Below, one piece after another: positions 63,823 through 64,000 of a DNA stretch of 64,000 nucleotides. Both the position numbers and the translations under genes were made by a program. The notes under the pieces were generated by a model. That model was not told the DNA's origin. It searched no databases and worked only from the letters and a program-made list of their open reading frames with translations. The stretch is from a virus. The DNA lies in the IMG/VR virus record IMGVR_UViG_3300021378_000020, positions 3,460 to 67,459 of that record, one strand, 5' to 3'. How positions within the stretch are numbered: position 1 is the stretch's first letter; each line of letters opens with the position of its first letter.

Positions 63823-64000
63823 ATCACTTCACCATTAGATAGTTTCACTCCAGACATCGTCACGAAGTATGAACTTCGGGATATCGAATGTTTACATGCG
63901 AATATCAAAAAGTCACCGGACTTCTTAGTGTCATATACTCCCTCGGCGTTCTCGTCCAGTTTGTTACGTAAGAACCTAAGAGAAATTTTTCTACCTAGAG
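63819..64000 (-). CDS. 3' end of a baseplate hub protein (gp27-like), truncated by the window
   Basis: Manual translation ...LGRKISLRFLRN..DTKKSGDFLIFACKH..VKLSNGEVI*; ATGA overlap with gp5. Confidence 0.6.
   Translation of the reverse strand, partial: LGRKISLRFLRNKLDENAEGVYDTKKSGDFLIFACKHSISRSSYFVTMSGVKLSNGEVI

Noticed and set aside
1-64000. Stop-codon reassignment or programmed frameshifts
   Set aside because: Core genes translate full length with the standard code and tile the minus strand densely; no suppressor tRNA seen.

Overview
A 64-kb stretch of a T4-like (Tevenvirinae/Kyanoviridae-grade) contractile-tailed dsDNA phage genome, with essentially all genes on the minus strand. In transcription order it contains: baseplate hub and wedge genes (gp27-like end, short gp5, gp25, gp6, gp7-like, gp9-like, gp8, DUF4815-like); a ~36-kb block of very large fibre genes with interspersed glycosyltransferases and Fe(II)/2OG-oxygenase-like genes; the neck-terminase-tail-head core (gp13-gp23, gp3); uvsY, uvsW, gp55, gp47, gp46, gp45; a tRNA-Thr(UGU); and a truncated phage metK. 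T4 late promoters (TATAAATA), perfect sigma70 promoters and intrinsic terminators are readable. The top finding is the 1320-aa protein at 39192-43154, which reads as a 'protein stem-loop'. Two ~470-residue arms of 4-residue units are complementary to each other in antiparallel register (RxS/T or STRT opposite F/YxG, YxR opposite YxR) around a ~90-aa tip domain. Eight 2-residue insertions are mirrored, and a 132-nt duplication is matched in both arms. Other notable points: a collagen fibre with two equal arms (77 and 78 Gly-X-Y triplets), a repeat-flanked beta-propeller cassette fibre, a siphovirus J-like tip module on a myovirus baseplate, two H-x-N oxygenase-like paralogs, two structured intergenic RNAs and a perfect antisense sigma70 promoter. 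All family assignments are from motif recognition only; no database search was run.
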